From a virus (lineage: Duplodnaviria; Heunggongvirae; Uroviricota; Caudoviricetes), in the IMG/VR virus record IMGVR_UViG_2859810971_000006, positions 1 through 34,243 of that record: a stretch of DNA of 34,243 nucleotides; one strand, 5' to 3'. The translations under genes were made by a program, and so were the position numbers. The notes under the pieces are model-generated. The model was not told where the DNA came from. It made no database searches and worked only from the letters and a program-made list of their open reading frames with translations. Positions 9,276-19,186 of the stretch are shown piece after piece; the first letter of the stretch is position 1, and every line of letters begins with the position of its first letter.

Positions 9276-10448
9276 TTACGCGCTGACCTGGCTGGAGAAA
9301 TTCACCAGGTACTGATCGGTGATGCGCTGACGCAGCATCAGGTTTTCAAGTGGCGGCACTGGCGTGTAGTCGTAATCGATGGTGAGTTTTCCGGCTTTCA
9401 GCGTGTCTTTATCGTTCACCGACTCCTCCAGCCAGCAATCACCACCAATCAGATAGCCCTGACTGACCAGGCTGCGCATTTTGGCGCGGATACCTTCGAT
9501 AATGTCGCGGGCCAGCGACGGGTTCAGCGGTTTGTCCACCGCCCACATGTGCGCTTCAGCCATCGTGTCCATCAGTACCTGCGCCGTGCGGGTGTAGTTC
9601 TCAAAGGCAAAAAGCGGATCATCACTCAGACAGCGGGAACCCCAGAAGCGAAAACCGTCTTTGCGGATAAGCGTGGTAACGTCGTTCTGGTTAAGCAGAC
9701 CTGCATCGGTTGCCGGGTCCTGCAGATCCCAGAACACATCAGCAGAAATTCCGGTGACACCGTTCACGCCCACGTTGGACAGGCTTTTGTGCCACCCGGT
9801 CTGCTCATCAATTTTGGCGCGCAGACCAAGCGCACGGGCGGTGGCATATGCCGTTGCTTCGGCGTTCAGCACCGTGTCCCAGCCAGTAAAGTCAGGCCAG
9901 ATCAGCATCCCTTCGCGCTGGCTGAAGTTTTCACGGTAAGTGATCGCCTCCTGTACCGTCTTGCAACCATACGCTGACAGGTAGGCAAACCCACGCAGGC
10001 TTTGCGCCACACTCAGCAACTCAGTAGCAACGGCTTTGTTATCGTGACCTGGCACGCCGAGAATGCGCGGTTTAACGCCGAGCAGTGTCTGGGCAGATAA
10101 CAGGGCTTTCATGCCTGTTTTTTTACCTTCAGCGGTCACTGCACCGATGATATTGGTCGTGGTTTCTTCTTCCGTTTCACCCTGCGGCACACGCACAACA
10201 ACGGTCACGGGTTTTGCCTGGTCAGCGATGGCATCCAGCGAACGGGCCAGCGTGCCGGACTCACCCGCTTTACCGCTGGCAGTCAGCACATCAGTGATCA
10301 GCACGGGTTTATTAAGAGGAAACATTTTTGCATCGGCATCATCGCCCGTGCAGACCATACCCACGATGGCGGTGCTCACCGTGGTAATGGATCGGGTGCC
10401 TTCGTTGACTTCAACAACGTGCACCCCGTGGTGGTAATCCTGAGCCAT
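9276..10448 (-). CDS. FI: Contractile tail sheath protein gpFI
   Basis: 390 aa; AGGAGG Shine-Dalgarno before the ATG; first gene of the FI-FII-E-T-U-D operon. Confidence 0.9.
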   Translation of the reverse strand: MAQDYHHGVHVVEVNEGTRSITTVSTAIVGMVCTGDDADAKMFPLNKPVLITDVLTASGKAGESGTLARSLDAIADQAKPVTVVVRVPQGETEEETTTNIIGAVTAEGKKTGMKALLSAQTLLGVKPRILGVPGHDNKAVATELLSVAQSLRGFAYLSAYGCKTVQEAITYRENFSQREGMLIWPDFTGWDTVLNAEATAYATARALGLRAKIDEQTGWHKSLSNVGVNGVTGISADVFWDLQDPATDAGLLNQNDVTTLIRKDGFRFWGSRCLSDDPLFAFENYTRTAQVLMDTMAEAHMWAVDKPLNPSLARDIIEGIRAKMRSLVSQGYLIGGDCWLEESVNDKDTLKAGKLTIDYDYTPVPPLENLMLRQRITDQYLVNFSSQVSA

Positions 10449-10524
10449 AGTGGCGAACCTCCTGATTGGATTAGGCTTCGCCCTATGTTGAAGTGATTGT
10501 GCCTGACAAACAGCTATGCGCAGT

Positions 10525-10542
10525 TGTACCGTTATTCATACA
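10525..10542 (-). promoter_or_regulatory. Candidate Ogr-type late-promoter element (TGT-N12-ACA dyad) upstream of FI
   Basis: tTGTaccgttattcatACAa, centred about 85 nt upstream of the FI ATG; shares the TTGTACCG start with the dyad upstream of P. Confidence 0.35.
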
Positions 10543-10642
10543 AAATGAGGGGAAGGCTTCAGAAGCTCACTCCACACTGGCGCTTATAGAGCTGTGTCTG
10601 ATCATCTGTTGATACAAGTACATAACGAATAAGCATGGTTAA

Positions 10643-10665
10643 GCTCCCAGACCAGAACTGGGAGC
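10643..10665 (-). terminator. Weak hairpin downstream of the acyltransferase gene
   Basis: gctcccag / ctgggagc inverted repeat about 15 nt after the stop at 10680; no strong U-tract. Confidence 0.2.
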
Positions 10666-10679
10666 ATGCCATTCACTTG

Positions 10680-11864
10680 TTATTTCTGTATTCTCACTGC
10701 CATTCTTTTTTGCACATCAAAAAATTTATTAATCACTCCATTGCGATTAATAAATGGATATTCTATACCTTTAAAAGTCATATAAGCGATAGTCACAACA
10801 ATTGGCGACAACATCAGAATTAAATATGCGTATGAATTATCACTCAAATTTCGCACATACGCCTTCCCGAGTAAAACATCTAAAGTAAAATATAGAACAA
10901 TCCCGTGCATTAGATAGATACTATATGATATCTCACCAAAGACTCTGGAGATTTTCAACTTTAACACACCAAATAGATCACATCCATTTACGATCAAAAT
11001 AAATATAGCACCGTTCAATAAAATTGGCAGGTAATCAAACGAGTGAGGGAAGTAAAAAAACGAAAAAACGAAACCTGAAATACACAAAAACGATGTCAAT
11101 TTCAAAGATGCAACTTTTAAGATTAATTTATTACCTCGTACTGCTGAAGCTAAAAAGCCACAGGCGAATGGCAGTAAAAAGATGTAATTTAAGTTGAGGT
11201 AATTAAACGCATATAAGCTAAATGCCGGGATAACTAGCATAAAGATATTTTTAGTTCTTCTCAAAGCAAATGCAATGAGCGGTAGAGAAAAATAGAATAA
11301 CCATTCATACACAAGCGTCCAATAAATACCAGCATATATATAACCAGTATCACTAAATCCATTTATATGTGAATTACCATAAGTTGCATATATCATCCAT
11401 GAAAGAATGGATTCAATTAGTTCACCTGCACTTACATTGAGTTTCCAGCCTGTTTTATATCCTATGATAAATAATGCAATTAAAAGCGAGAACATATACA
11501 GAGGATATATTCTAAAAATTCTTGATTTGTACAACGAGAACCAATTTATTTTTTTTGAATCAATTATTTTAGAAAAAAACAAAAACCCCGTTATCATAAA
11601 GAAAATCATAACGGGTAATTGCCCTGCATTCGCAAATACATGACTTGAAGGTAAAGACCATTCATTTGTTTTTATAAAGTGATGCCATATATAAGAGTGA
11701 TGCAGAAACACTAAGAAGGCCAAATACCCTCTCAATCCATCAATATTAACGTTCCTACCTTTACCTTCAATTGGTAGCGGACTTATTTTATCAAGAAAAT
11801 ACAATATGGCGATAGCTGCAAATATAGCAGCTACTATTAACATAGGGCTATTATAAATTAACAT
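10680..11864 (-). CDS. Acyltransferase-3 family integral membrane protein (O-antigen/LPS acetyltransferase-like), prophage cargo in the Z/fun position
   Basis: 394 aa, about ten hydrophobic segments; N-terminal DGLRGYLAFLVFLHHS and MIFFMITGFLFFSK motifs typical of the family; visibly AT-rich coding sequence, unlike the flanking tail genes. Confidence 0.8.
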   Translation of the reverse strand: MLIYNSPMLIVAAIFAAIAILYFLDKISPLPIEGKGRNVNIDGLRGYLAFLVFLHHSYIWHHFIKTNEWSLPSSHVFANAGQLPVMIFFMITGFLFFSKIIDSKKINWFSLYKSRIFRIYPLYMFSLLIALFIIGYKTGWKLNVSAGELIESILSWMIYATYGNSHINGFSDTGYIYAGIYWTLVYEWLFYFSLPLIAFALRRTKNIFMLVIPAFSLYAFNYLNLNYIFLLPFACGFLASAVRGNKLILKVASLKLTSFLCISGFVFSFFYFPHSFDYLPILLNGAIFILIVNGCDLFGVLKLKISRVFGEISYSIYLMHGIVLYFTLDVLLGKAYVRNLSDNSYAYLILMLSPIVVTIAYMTFKGIEYPFINRNGVINKFFDVQKRMAVRIQK

Positions 11865-12086
11865 GTAATTAACCTTAGGATTTTTCAGAAATTTTCACAG
11901 CAATATTTTTATATTGTACGCTCACAAATATATCTTTTACAATATAAATGGTCATTACCATCATCAAAACTGTCCCAGGATTACAGTTCTCCTGAACTCA
12001 ACCAGGGCGAGAGTATCTCTATCATGTTGATTTGCAACGTGCCAGTAGCCTGTTTTATCGTGTTTCCAAAATGAGCTGGTTAAAAA

Positions 12087-12114
12087 CTGGCAGGCATGAA
12101 AATCTACCTGCCAG
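12087..12114 (-). terminator. Bidirectional rho-independent terminator between tfa and the acyltransferase moron
   Basis: ctggcagg (12087-12094) pairs with cctgccag (12107-12114); A5 on one side and T5 on the other, so T-runs follow the stem on both strands; starts right at the tfa stop codon. Confidence 0.55.
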
Positions 12115-12118
12115 CTTT

Positions 12119-12523
12119 TTACAATGCAGGTTTATCAGGCCATTCAATGTCCGGAGCAGTAGATGTATCGACAGCTTTCACGTCTTTGACATACTGCATC
12201 CACATAATCAACTTTGCTTTATTTTCATCACTAATGGTTCCCAGAAATAAATCAGTCCGCCAGTCTGCTGTTACGGCATTAGCATCTGCAAGCCGTGATT
12301 GTCTTTCCTGTTCAGCATTGTTAACCAGCTCTTCATATGTTTTTACGGGGGCTGGCGGAGCAATAAATTCACCATCAGCGAAAAGCCAGCCAATGCGCAC
12401 TCCATCAGCAAGTGGGAACACTTGAAAACCATCCGTAGCCCATTCACTCTCCCCATCCCATACCGCAATGTTGACAACAACACCATCTCTCACCATTGCA
12501 TAATTCATTATGCGTACTCCCAT
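12119..12523 (-). CDS. Tail fibre assembly protein (gpG / Tfa-like)
   Basis: 134 aa directly after the tail fibre gene; C-terminal ...IEWPDKPAL typical of Tfa chaperones; GGAG Shine-Dalgarno. Confidence 0.75.
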   Translation of the reverse strand: MGVRIMNYAMVRDGVVVNIAVWDGESEWATDGFQVFPLADGVRIGWLFADGEFIAPPAPVKTYEELVNNAEQERQSRLADANAVTADWRTDLFLGTISDENKAKLIMWMQYVKDVKAVDTSTAPDIEWPDKPAL

Positions 12524-14212
12524 ACAATTACAATGCCTGCCATCCCTGCACCTCCAGCACGTTGCTGTGTCGCGCCGCCGTAAACACAGGCACCGCCACC
12601 ACCGCCACCTGGTCCATTAGCATTAATTCCTTCTCCGACAATGGCCTGTGAACCCGCGCCCTCACCCAGAACAGAACTGCCACCAGGTCCTCCCATTGCC
12701 AGCAATCCTGAATAGCGAACACCTGGCATGGTATAGCCACTGCCACTGCCAAAAATATTCGCCCCGTGAATCCAAGTGTGTATGCACCAGCAGGCCCTAC
12801 AACGGCTATATTATTACCCTCTGTCATTACAGCTCCACCCAACCCCCCTTTTGCGGTAACAACGTCACCAAATGCTGAACTTCCCCCTGTCGCCCCCGGC
12901 ATTGCACTGGCTCCCGTTCCTCCGTACCCAACGGTAACCGTTGTTACTACCGGATGGTCTATGCGGGCTTTAACGTATTCTCCCGACATTCCCCCTCCGC
13001 CGCAGGCAGCATTGCCCCTGTACCGACCTGGCATCCGCCGCCAGCGCCACCACCGCCAACCACTTCAACAATCGCAAACTTTATACCTGCAGTTGGCGTA
13101 TATATCCCGGAGGCTTTGAACACCTGACATTTTACCAGTCGGCCTGTTCCGTCGCCAAGCCCAAGGTATGTGAGAAGACCAGCTACATCCTTTCCACTCA
13201 AATTAGTCAGCGTATTATCCAGCGGTTGTTTTCCCGCCAGTGCATTAAGCATTGTCGTGGCAAAGTTCGGGTCATTCCCTAGCGCCGCCGCCAGTTCGTT
13301 CAGCGTATCCAGTGCCGCAGGTGCAGAACCCACCATTGCCGCAATTGCCGATTTCACAAAAGCCGTGGTGGCAATCTGTGTATTGTTGACCGACTGCTCC
13401 GCCGTGGGGGCTGTTGGCGTTCCAGTGAGTGCCGGACTCGACAGCGGCGCTTTCAGTGCCAGCGCATTGTTAATGGTGGTACTGAATTTCGGGTCATTGT
13501 TTATGGCTGCGGCAATTTCTTTCAGCGTGTCCAGCGTGGCTGGCGCACCATTAATAAGGGCCGTCAGTGCCGCCTGTACAAACGCAGTGGTCGCAACCTG
13601 CGTGGTATTATTCCCCGCCGCTGGCGTTGGCGCTTTGGGGATTCCGGTAAATGTCGGGCTGGCTTTTGGCGCGTACTGTGAATGCGGGTCCGGTGCGGCA
13701 AGATGTTTTGCCATCTGATCATCCGCGTACACCTTCAGCTCCAGTGCCTTGTCATCCACATACTTGCGGGTTGCCAGCACTACAGCAGGGTCGATTTTCA
13801 GGGTGATATTGTCCGTGCTGCTGGTAATCAGCACCATGCGCACGGTCTGAGTGCGCCCGCTACCTTCAGCCAGTTGCGGCTTATAGCTTTCCGGGCAGTT
13901 GCCCACGGCAATCAATGCCCCGGACTCATCAAACAAGCCCACTTCACGTATCCACCAACCGCCCTCGTTTTCAGGGATCACCTGTTCGGCAATAATCTGG
14001 CTGCTGTTCTGCGGGTCGATATAGAGCATATTCAGCGCAGCCCGGCGTTTCTCATTTACCAGTGCAGTCTGCTTTGAGTCTGGCGTTGGCAATACTCCGC
14101 CGCCATCGCCCACCGCCATATGGGTAATTTTTAGCGGCACACCGAGCGCGGCGGCGCTGGCAAGTTTCGACGCGCCAATATCCGTCAGCAGGGTATAAAA
14201 TTTTGTGCTCAT
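12508..14212 (-). pseudogene. H: Tail fibre gene H, reading frame broken at two points (three frame segments)
   Basis: P2 H-like N-terminus (MSTKFYTLLTDIGASKLASAAALGVPLKITHMAVGDGGG...) runs 14212-12959. Plausible Gly-rich fibre sequence continues in a second frame (12790-13034) and a third (12508-12729, ending ...MAGIVIVWEYA). Confidence 0.55.
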
Positions 14213-14814
14213 GGATTCACTCTCATTGTGTCAATAACATGGACCGCCCCGCCTTCATGCGCGGTGCCGCCAGAAATAATTGTTTCGTTGATATACGGAT
14301 AGATCGTGATTTCTTCGCCAAGATAGCTGGCGGCCCCCACCCAATGCGGACCGCTGGTCTGCAGATTGATGGACATGCCGATCATGTGACGGCTACATGG
14401 TTTGGCATCGCTTATCAGCCGCTCAAGTTCCAGATAGGTATCTTCAGTGATGCCCTGGTCCTGCACGCCGATATCCAGGCGAAACGTGCCCGGTGTTTCT
14501 CCGGTCTGCCACCACTCAATAATGCGGATCAGGAATCCGAACGGTTCCACCACCCGCCGCACGGCACTGGTAGTTCCTTTATGCTGATGAATATAAAAAG
14601 CATCCTTCACTACCTGGCGTTTGACGCTTTCTGTCCAGCCCTCGTCCCAGCGATCCACAGAGAACGCCCAGGCGAGATAAGGCAGGAAGCTGACCGGACA
14701 GGTAGCCGGATTCCACAAGTCACGCAGCGGCACCTGCAGATCAGAAATCCCGCTACAGGTTTGCGCCAGTCGGCGCTCCAGTGAAGTTGAACCCGGTGGC
14801 AGCAGACTATTCAT
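14209..14814 (-). CDS. I: Baseplate assembly protein gpI
   Basis: 201 aa; between J and H; overlapping stop/start with both. Confidence 0.8.
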   Translation of the reverse strand: MNSLLPPGSTSLERRLAQTCSGISDLQVPLRDLWNPATCPVSFLPYLAWAFSVDRWDEGWTESVKRQVVKDAFYIHQHKGTTSAVRRVVEPFGFLIRIIEWWQTGETPGTFRLDIGVQDQGITEDTYLELERLISDAKPCSRHMIGMSINLQTSGPHWVGAASYLGEEITIYPYINETIISGGTAHEGGAVHVIDTMRVNP

Positions 14815-15715
14815 CCGTTCCTCCGTTGGTTACGCTCCACTGCGTACATGATGCCGCCTGTGTTTTGTTCAGGATCACATCCGCCAGCGGAGAAGCCAGT
14901 TCCACACGTTGAACACCCTCAACATGCAGAGCAGCAAAGATGGCGCTACGGCGAATATCCCGACCAAGCCTCGTCTGGCTGGCAATGTACTTCTGCAGAC
15001 TGGCTTTTGCCGCTGCCATTACCGGCTCTGCTTCCGGTCCCGGATAGAGAAAAATGGTGGCTTCCACGCGATACGGGATGATTTCTGCGCTGCGAACCGT
15101 AAGACGGTCAGCCACCGGGCGGACGTTCTCACTGTTCAAAGCTTTTTCCACCACGTCCAGCAGGTCTTTTTCTGCAGTTCCATCGCCTTCGCGGCTAAGG
15201 ACAGTCAGCACCACCTCTGCAGGTGCCGGGCTGGTTGCACTGGCATCCGCCACCCGACCGTCGGCGCTTCGGGCATGAAATTCATAAGCTGCAGTTGGCC
15301 CCGCAACAGAAAGCCCTTCAAAGGCTGCAGGCACACGCAGGCGTAACGCTTCATCGCTTTCCATCACAGCTGCAACGGGCGGCACAGCATCATTATCAGC
15401 AGGCGTCACCGTCAGGCGTGTCACGTTGTAGTTGGCAGCGAGCTGGTCAAGATCGCCGCCCATCGCGTAAGCCACCATCACCGCCTGCGCGGCTTCGTTA
15501 ATGCGCTGGCGCAGAAGCAACTCACGGTAAGCGTTCTCCTGCAACAATTTAGTGACGGGTTCAGATTCCAGTTCCAGCGTGCGGATCACGGCTTCCTGCT
15601 CATCTTTCGGATAAAGCGCCACAAATTCTGCCTTGCGTTCGGCAAGCAGTGTCTCAAAGTCCGGCACATCCACAATCTGCGGTGCAGGCAACTGCGAAAG
15701 GTCAATCACTGCCAT
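14807..15715 (-). CDS. J: Baseplate protein gpJ
   Basis: About 302 aa from the ATG at 15715 (MAVIDLSQLP...), which has an AGGAG Shine-Dalgarno; the longer ORF from 15754 lacks one. Confidence 0.85.
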   Translation of the reverse strand: MAVIDLSQLPAPQIVDVPDFETLLAERKAEFVALYPKDEQEAVIRTLELESEPVTKLLQENAYRELLLRQRINEAAQAVMVAYAMGGDLDQLAANYNVTRLTVTPADNDAVPPVAAVMESDEALRLRVPAAFEGLSVAGPTAAYEFHARSADGRVADASATSPAPAEVVLTVLSREGDGTAEKDLLDVVEKALNSENVRPVADRLTVRSAEIIPYRVEATIFLYPGPEAEPVMAAAKASLQKYIASQTRLGRDIRRSAIFAALHVEGVQRVELASPLADVILNKTQAASCTQWSVTNGGTDE

Positions 15716-16061
15716 TCTCTGCTCCTGTTGATACGGAAAGGGACACAGGCACACCGTTATTCCGCCGCCCGGTCAGCTCCACCACCATAGAACCGTCAAA
15801 GTTGCTGTTGATGGTGATGGAATCCAGCGTCAGCCGTGGCTCCCAGCGACTCAGCGCCACATACACTGCCGACATGACCTGCAGGCGTAATGCCGGATTT
15901 TGTGGCTGATCTATCAAAACCGACAGGAGGGAACCATATTCCCGGCGGGCAATGCGGCTACCCTGCGGTGTCAGCAGAATGTCCCGCACCGACTGGCGCA
16001 GATGATCAATATCAGTAATGACTTTGCCGCTGGTATTGTTCATCCCGCTATAAAGCGTCAT
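15702..16061 (-). CDS. W: Baseplate wedge protein gpW (GPW/gp25 family)
   Basis: 119 aa between V and J. Confidence 0.8.
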   Translation of the reverse strand: MTLYSGMNNTSGKVITDIDHLRQSVRDILLTPQGSRIARREYGSLLSVLIDQPQNPALRLQVMSAVYVALSRWEPRLTLDSITINSNFDGSMVVELTGRRNNGVPVSLSVSTGAENGSD

Positions 16062-16636
16062 ACCGGGCCTCCGGTTGTATCGCCGCCTTTCAGGACGCCA
16101 GTATGCTGATGCGCATCAACCACAATCCCGTTAGAGCTCATCGCTCCGCCGCCCTGGGTAACGCCACCATTGATCACCACTTCGCTGTTAATACGCGTGC
16201 GGTCAGCCTCCAGTACAAACTCACTGGTTTTCATGGTGATGTTGTCAGCGGCCTCAATGACCATTGATTTGATGCCCCTGACATACCAGCGTCCGGTGGC
16301 GGGTTCGTATTCAAACCAGCCACCGTCAGGATGTTCTGTCACGCAGGCGTCCGCCGACGTCGACGGTGGCGCGAACTGATTCGAATAGATGGCGGGTAAC
16401 GCAAAGGCGGTTTCCAGATTGCCGCCCAGACTCAGCAGCACCACCTGCTCACCTTCCGATGGTCGCCACCATGTGCGGGCATTCCCGGCACGCAGCGTCA
16501 GCCAGCTGATCCAGTTGGTTTCAAGCTCGCCCGTTTTCACCCGGCAAAGCCAGTTTTCCCTGTCCACTTCGGTGACTACCCCAGTGCGGATCAGGTTGGT
16601 GATAAGGCGCATGATTTCGGTTAATTGTGCGTTCAT
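16058..16636 (-). CDS. V: Baseplate spike/assembly protein gpV
   Basis: 192 aa; first gene of the V-W-J-I-H-G block. Confidence 0.8.
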   Translation of the reverse strand: MNAQLTEIMRLITNLIRTGVVTEVDRENWLCRVKTGELETNWISWLTLRAGNARTWWRPSEGEQVVLLSLGGNLETAFALPAIYSNQFAPPSTSADACVTEHPDGGWFEYEPATGRWYVRGIKSMVIEAADNITMKTSEFVLEADRTRINSEVVINGGVTQGGGAMSSNGIVVDAHQHTGVLKGGDTTGGPV

Positions 16637-16682
16637 AGGGAAAGGTTGCCATCAGGGGAAGAAAGGCGGCAGTGCTGCAACT

Positions 16683-16700
16683 TGTATCAGTGCTGATACA
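16683..16700 (-). promoter_or_regulatory. Candidate Ogr-type late-promoter element upstream of V (perfect palindrome)
   Basis: TGTATCAG tg CTGATACA: perfect 8-bp inverted arms fitting TGT-N12-ACA, between the S stop and the V start, centred about 55 nt upstream of the V ATG. Confidence 0.4.
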
Positions 16701-16704
16701 AAGA

Positions 16705-17151
16705 TCACCCCGCCAGCCATTGCAGAATCATGTCGCGGGTCATTGCCTCAACATCATCATTTACACCCAGAAGGCGACGCTCTGCGTAACGCACCTCCGG
16801 TCCCTTACGACTGACGCGATCTCGCAGGCCGTAATGGTGAACGCGGGCAATGCGCTGCACCTTGCCTTCAAACTGCACGCTGGCAGAGTCGGTGCTGGCG
16901 GCAGTTTTCAGGTATTTTGTGGTGCGCAGCTTTGCAAACATCTGACGTTTGATGCGCCCTTTCTTGCAGCGTGCTGTTACCCTGCGCGGTTCATAACTGC
17001 TGCCATCTGGATTGCGCTGCATCCTGATGTTCTGTTGCTGTGTCCGGCGCAGTTCCTGCGCCAGCTGACGCATCATGCGGCTTCTTGCGACTGGCTCCAG
17101 ATTCGCCAGCAAGGCACTCAGCCAGTCGTCTACTTTCTGCAGTTCAGCCAC
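16705..17151 (-). CDS. S: Tail completion protein gpS
   Basis: 148 aa; GTG start overlapping the R stop (GTGGCTGA). Confidence 0.8.
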   Translation of the reverse strand: MAELQKVDDWLSALLANLEPVARSRMMRQLAQELRRTQQQNIRMQRNPDGSSYEPRRVTARCKKGRIKRQMFAKLRTTKYLKTAASTDSASVQFEGKVQRIARVHHYGLRDRVSRKGPEVRYAERRLLGVNDDVEAMTRDMILQWLAG

Positions 17152-17575
17152 GTTTCACCGTCCACATTTCTTCAGGTTCATCGGGTTCCGTTATCGCTTC
17201 AACGCTCGACACACTTCCTTCAGTGCTGACCAGCACACGCTCCGTCAGCTGCAGGTTCAGGCTGATATCACAGACATCGTTGCGCAGAATATCCACCTCA
17301 AAGGTGAATAGCTTTTCCCGTAACGCCGGGTTATTGATGGCATCAGACTGGTTATCCCGCAGCCACAGCAAAACCGGGGCCATCAGCAGATTCTGGTCGC
17401 CGCTGAAATCTTCAATCACCACGTTCAGAGTGTAGCGGTACTCCCATGACATGGAGCTGGCCCCGGTGGCAACCAGCGAACCGTTATCCACAAACAGATG
17501 CAGTTTGTCCGGGTTATTACGGACATAAGGCACTGCTTTATTGAGGGCGTGGCGCAGGGATTGTGGTTTGTTCAC
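17144..17575 (-). CDS. R: Tail completion protein gpR
   Basis: About 143 aa from the GTG at 17575 (VNKPQSLRHAL...), which has an AGGAG Shine-Dalgarno; the track ORF begins at a TTG at 17596. Confidence 0.75.
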   Translation of the reverse strand: MNKPQSLRHALNKAVPYVRNNPDKLHLFVDNGSLVATGASSMSWEYRYTLNVVIEDFSGDQNLLMAPVLLWLRDNQSDAINNPALREKLFTFEVDILRNDVCDISLNLQLTERVLVSTEGSVSSVEAITEPDEPEEMWTVKRG

Positions 17576-17828
17576 TGTTTCGCTCCTGACACGCAATAAT
17601 CATGTCCACTTTGTCTGCACAGACCGCCCAGGCGGCCTCCGTTTCATCCAGCAATGCGTTCAGATCACCGTTATTGTGTGGCGCTGCCTGATCCAGCTGA
17701 CACGGCGTCACTCGCGGACAACCACTGACGGTAAGCTGCACCTCCGGTGAGTGCCGGACGTTCTCGCAGCCGGATAATGTCAGCAGGCAAAGGAGTATCA
17801 GCCCAGCGGCGTAAATCCTCGTTCTCAC
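17538..17828 (-). CDS. lysC: LysC, o-spanin (Rz1-like outer-membrane lipoprotein) overlapping lysB and R out of frame
   Basis: Lipobox LLTLSGC after a hydrophobic signal; Pro-rich; starts inside lysB in another frame and runs past its end. Confidence 0.6.
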   Translation of the reverse strand: MRTRIYAAGLILLCLLTLSGCENVRHSPEVQLTVSGCPRVTPCQLDQAAPHNNGDLNALLDETEAAWAVCADKVDMIIACQERNSEQTTIPAPRPQ

Positions 17829-18099
17829 GTTTCAGTTCCTCAATCCGGCGTTGTCGTTGTCTCAACAGTGCACTGGTCTGTTCTGCTTCGGCATAGAGCC
17901 GCGCCTGCTCCCGGTTGTTAGTTTCAGTCAGAATGGACAAGCTGATAAGCTGGCTGTTGCTCTTTGCCAGTGCCTGGCTTTTGCTCTGCAGCTCGTCCGC
18001 CTGCGTGCTGATGGTCCGGCTGGCATCAGCCAGCCGCCACGTCTGCCAGCCCAGCGCCACCAGTAATAACGCCAGCACAACCAGCAGCAACCGGTTCAT
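17671..18099 (-). CDS. lysB: LysB, i-spanin (Rz-like)
   Basis: 142 aa; N-terminal transmembrane helix (LLLVVLALLLVALGW) followed by a charged coiled-coil region. Confidence 0.7.
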   Translation of the reverse strand: MNRLLLVVLALLLVALGWQTWRLADASRTISTQADELQSKSQALAKSNSQLISLSILTETNNREQARLYAEAEQTSALLRQRQRRIEELKRENEDLRRWADTPLPADIIRLRERPALTGGAAYRQWLSASDAVSAGSGSATQ

Positions 18100-18473
18100 G
18101 CTGCTACCTGTTGCGCCATCTGGTTACGGGTGATCCAGAAGGCAATAACGGTCAGCAGATAAAGGACCAGGGTAATGGTCCACCCCGTCCAGGCGAGACT
18201 GACAACAATCAGCAATCGCATCACCCAGCTGATAAATACGTTTTCTTTTCGGGTAATGGTCTTCAGCAAAGATGCCCTCAACTCCTGCCAGAGCGGGCCG
18301 TTCTTAATTAACGCAGCCAGTGCTACCGGAATTGCCACCCATGTCAGCAGACAGGCTACCCAGACACCGGACGCTGCCAGTACCGGAAAAATCCCCTGCG
18401 GATACACCATTGCTGCGATCAACAGCGCCATCCATAACATCAGAAACAGCCCGCTGATTAATTTCTTTTTCAT
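18096..18473 (-). CDS. lysA: LysA lysis-timing membrane protein
   Basis: About 126 aa from the ATG at 18473 (MKKKLISG...) with a GGGAG Shine-Dalgarno; several transmembrane segments; follows the endolysin. Confidence 0.6.
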   Translation of the reverse strand: MKKKLISGLFLMLWMALLIAAMVYPQGIFPVLAASGVWVACLLTWVAIPVALAALIKNGPLWQELRASLLKTITRKENVFISWVMRLLIVVSLAWTGWTITLVLYLLTVIAFWITRNQMAQQVAA

Positions 18474-18474
18474 T

Positions 18475-18987
18475 TCAGTTTGCTCCCTGTAAACACCAGG
18501 CCATCTCCCGCGCACGGCGGTTATCCAGCCCCTGATTAAACACACCTTTTACATAAACCCAGCGCGGCAACTGTCGGCACGCATCCGCCCAGCGCCGCTG
18601 ATTGAGTAATTTCACCAGCGTGGAACTGCAGGCATTGCCCGTTCCCACGTTGAAGGCAAACGACACCACCGAGTCATACACCTTTTGTGGCGGCTGTTGC
18701 TTCACACATCTTTCCAGCGCCCGCTCCACACGTAGCACGTTGGAGATCAGCCCTTCCGCTGCCTGTCGTTCCGTAATGGTTTTGCCTGGAATGACGCCAG
18801 ATGTATTACCAATGCCGTCGGTCCAGACACCCGCGCTGCACTGATACGGCTGCAGACGACAGCCTTCGTAATCGGCAATCAGTTTCAGCCCCTCCACGGA
18901 GGTGTGAAGCTGCTGAAAACCCGGCAGCGTGGCAGCAATAGCCAGCACGGCCCCGACAAGGCAGCGTTTAACGATTGATGGATTCAT
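18475..18987 (-). CDS. K: Endolysin gpK (lysozyme-like, possible signal-anchor-release N-terminus)
   Basis: 170 aa; hydrophobic N-terminus (VGAVLAIAATLPG), then E...D...T residues in a lysozyme-like arrangement (LIADYEG, WTDGIGNT). Confidence 0.8.
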   Translation of the reverse strand: MNPSIVKRCLVGAVLAIAATLPGFQQLHTSVEGLKLIADYEGCRLQPYQCSAGVWTDGIGNTSGVIPGKTITERQAAEGLISNVLRVERALERCVKQQPPQKVYDSVVSFAFNVGTGNACSSTLVKLLNQRRWADACRQLPRWVYVKGVFNQGLDNRRAREMAWCLQGAN

Positions 18988-19183
18988 AGTCCTCCCGCGA
19001 GATCTGCCCGTCGCGCAGAAGCTGGTAGGCTTTGTGTTTGTAGTACCAGTTGATAGCCAGCATCAGCACACCAATCATCAGGCCGCCCAGCGTTGAGGCA
19101 TCCTTGATGGACAAATCGCCCAGCCAGGCCAGCACAACGGCGATGCAGTACGTGATAAAGGCGCTGATTCGCTCAAGCGTCAT
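18968..19183 (-). CDS. Holin
   Basis: 71 aa with two hydrophobic segments and a charged C-terminal tail; sits between X and the endolysin, where P2 has holin Y. Confidence 0.65.
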   Translation of the reverse strand: MTLERISAFITYCIAVVLAWLGDLSIKDASTLGGLMIGVLMLAINWYYKHKAYQLLRDGQISREDYESINR

Positions 19184-19186
19184 AAT

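Noticed and set aside
12096-12583. Plus-strand ORFs of 109 and 94 aa
   Set aside because: Antisense to the tail fibre assembly gene.
13170-13718. 182-aa plus-strand ORF
   Set aside because: Antisense to tail-fibre gene H; Ala/Gly-rich mirror of the fibre repeats.
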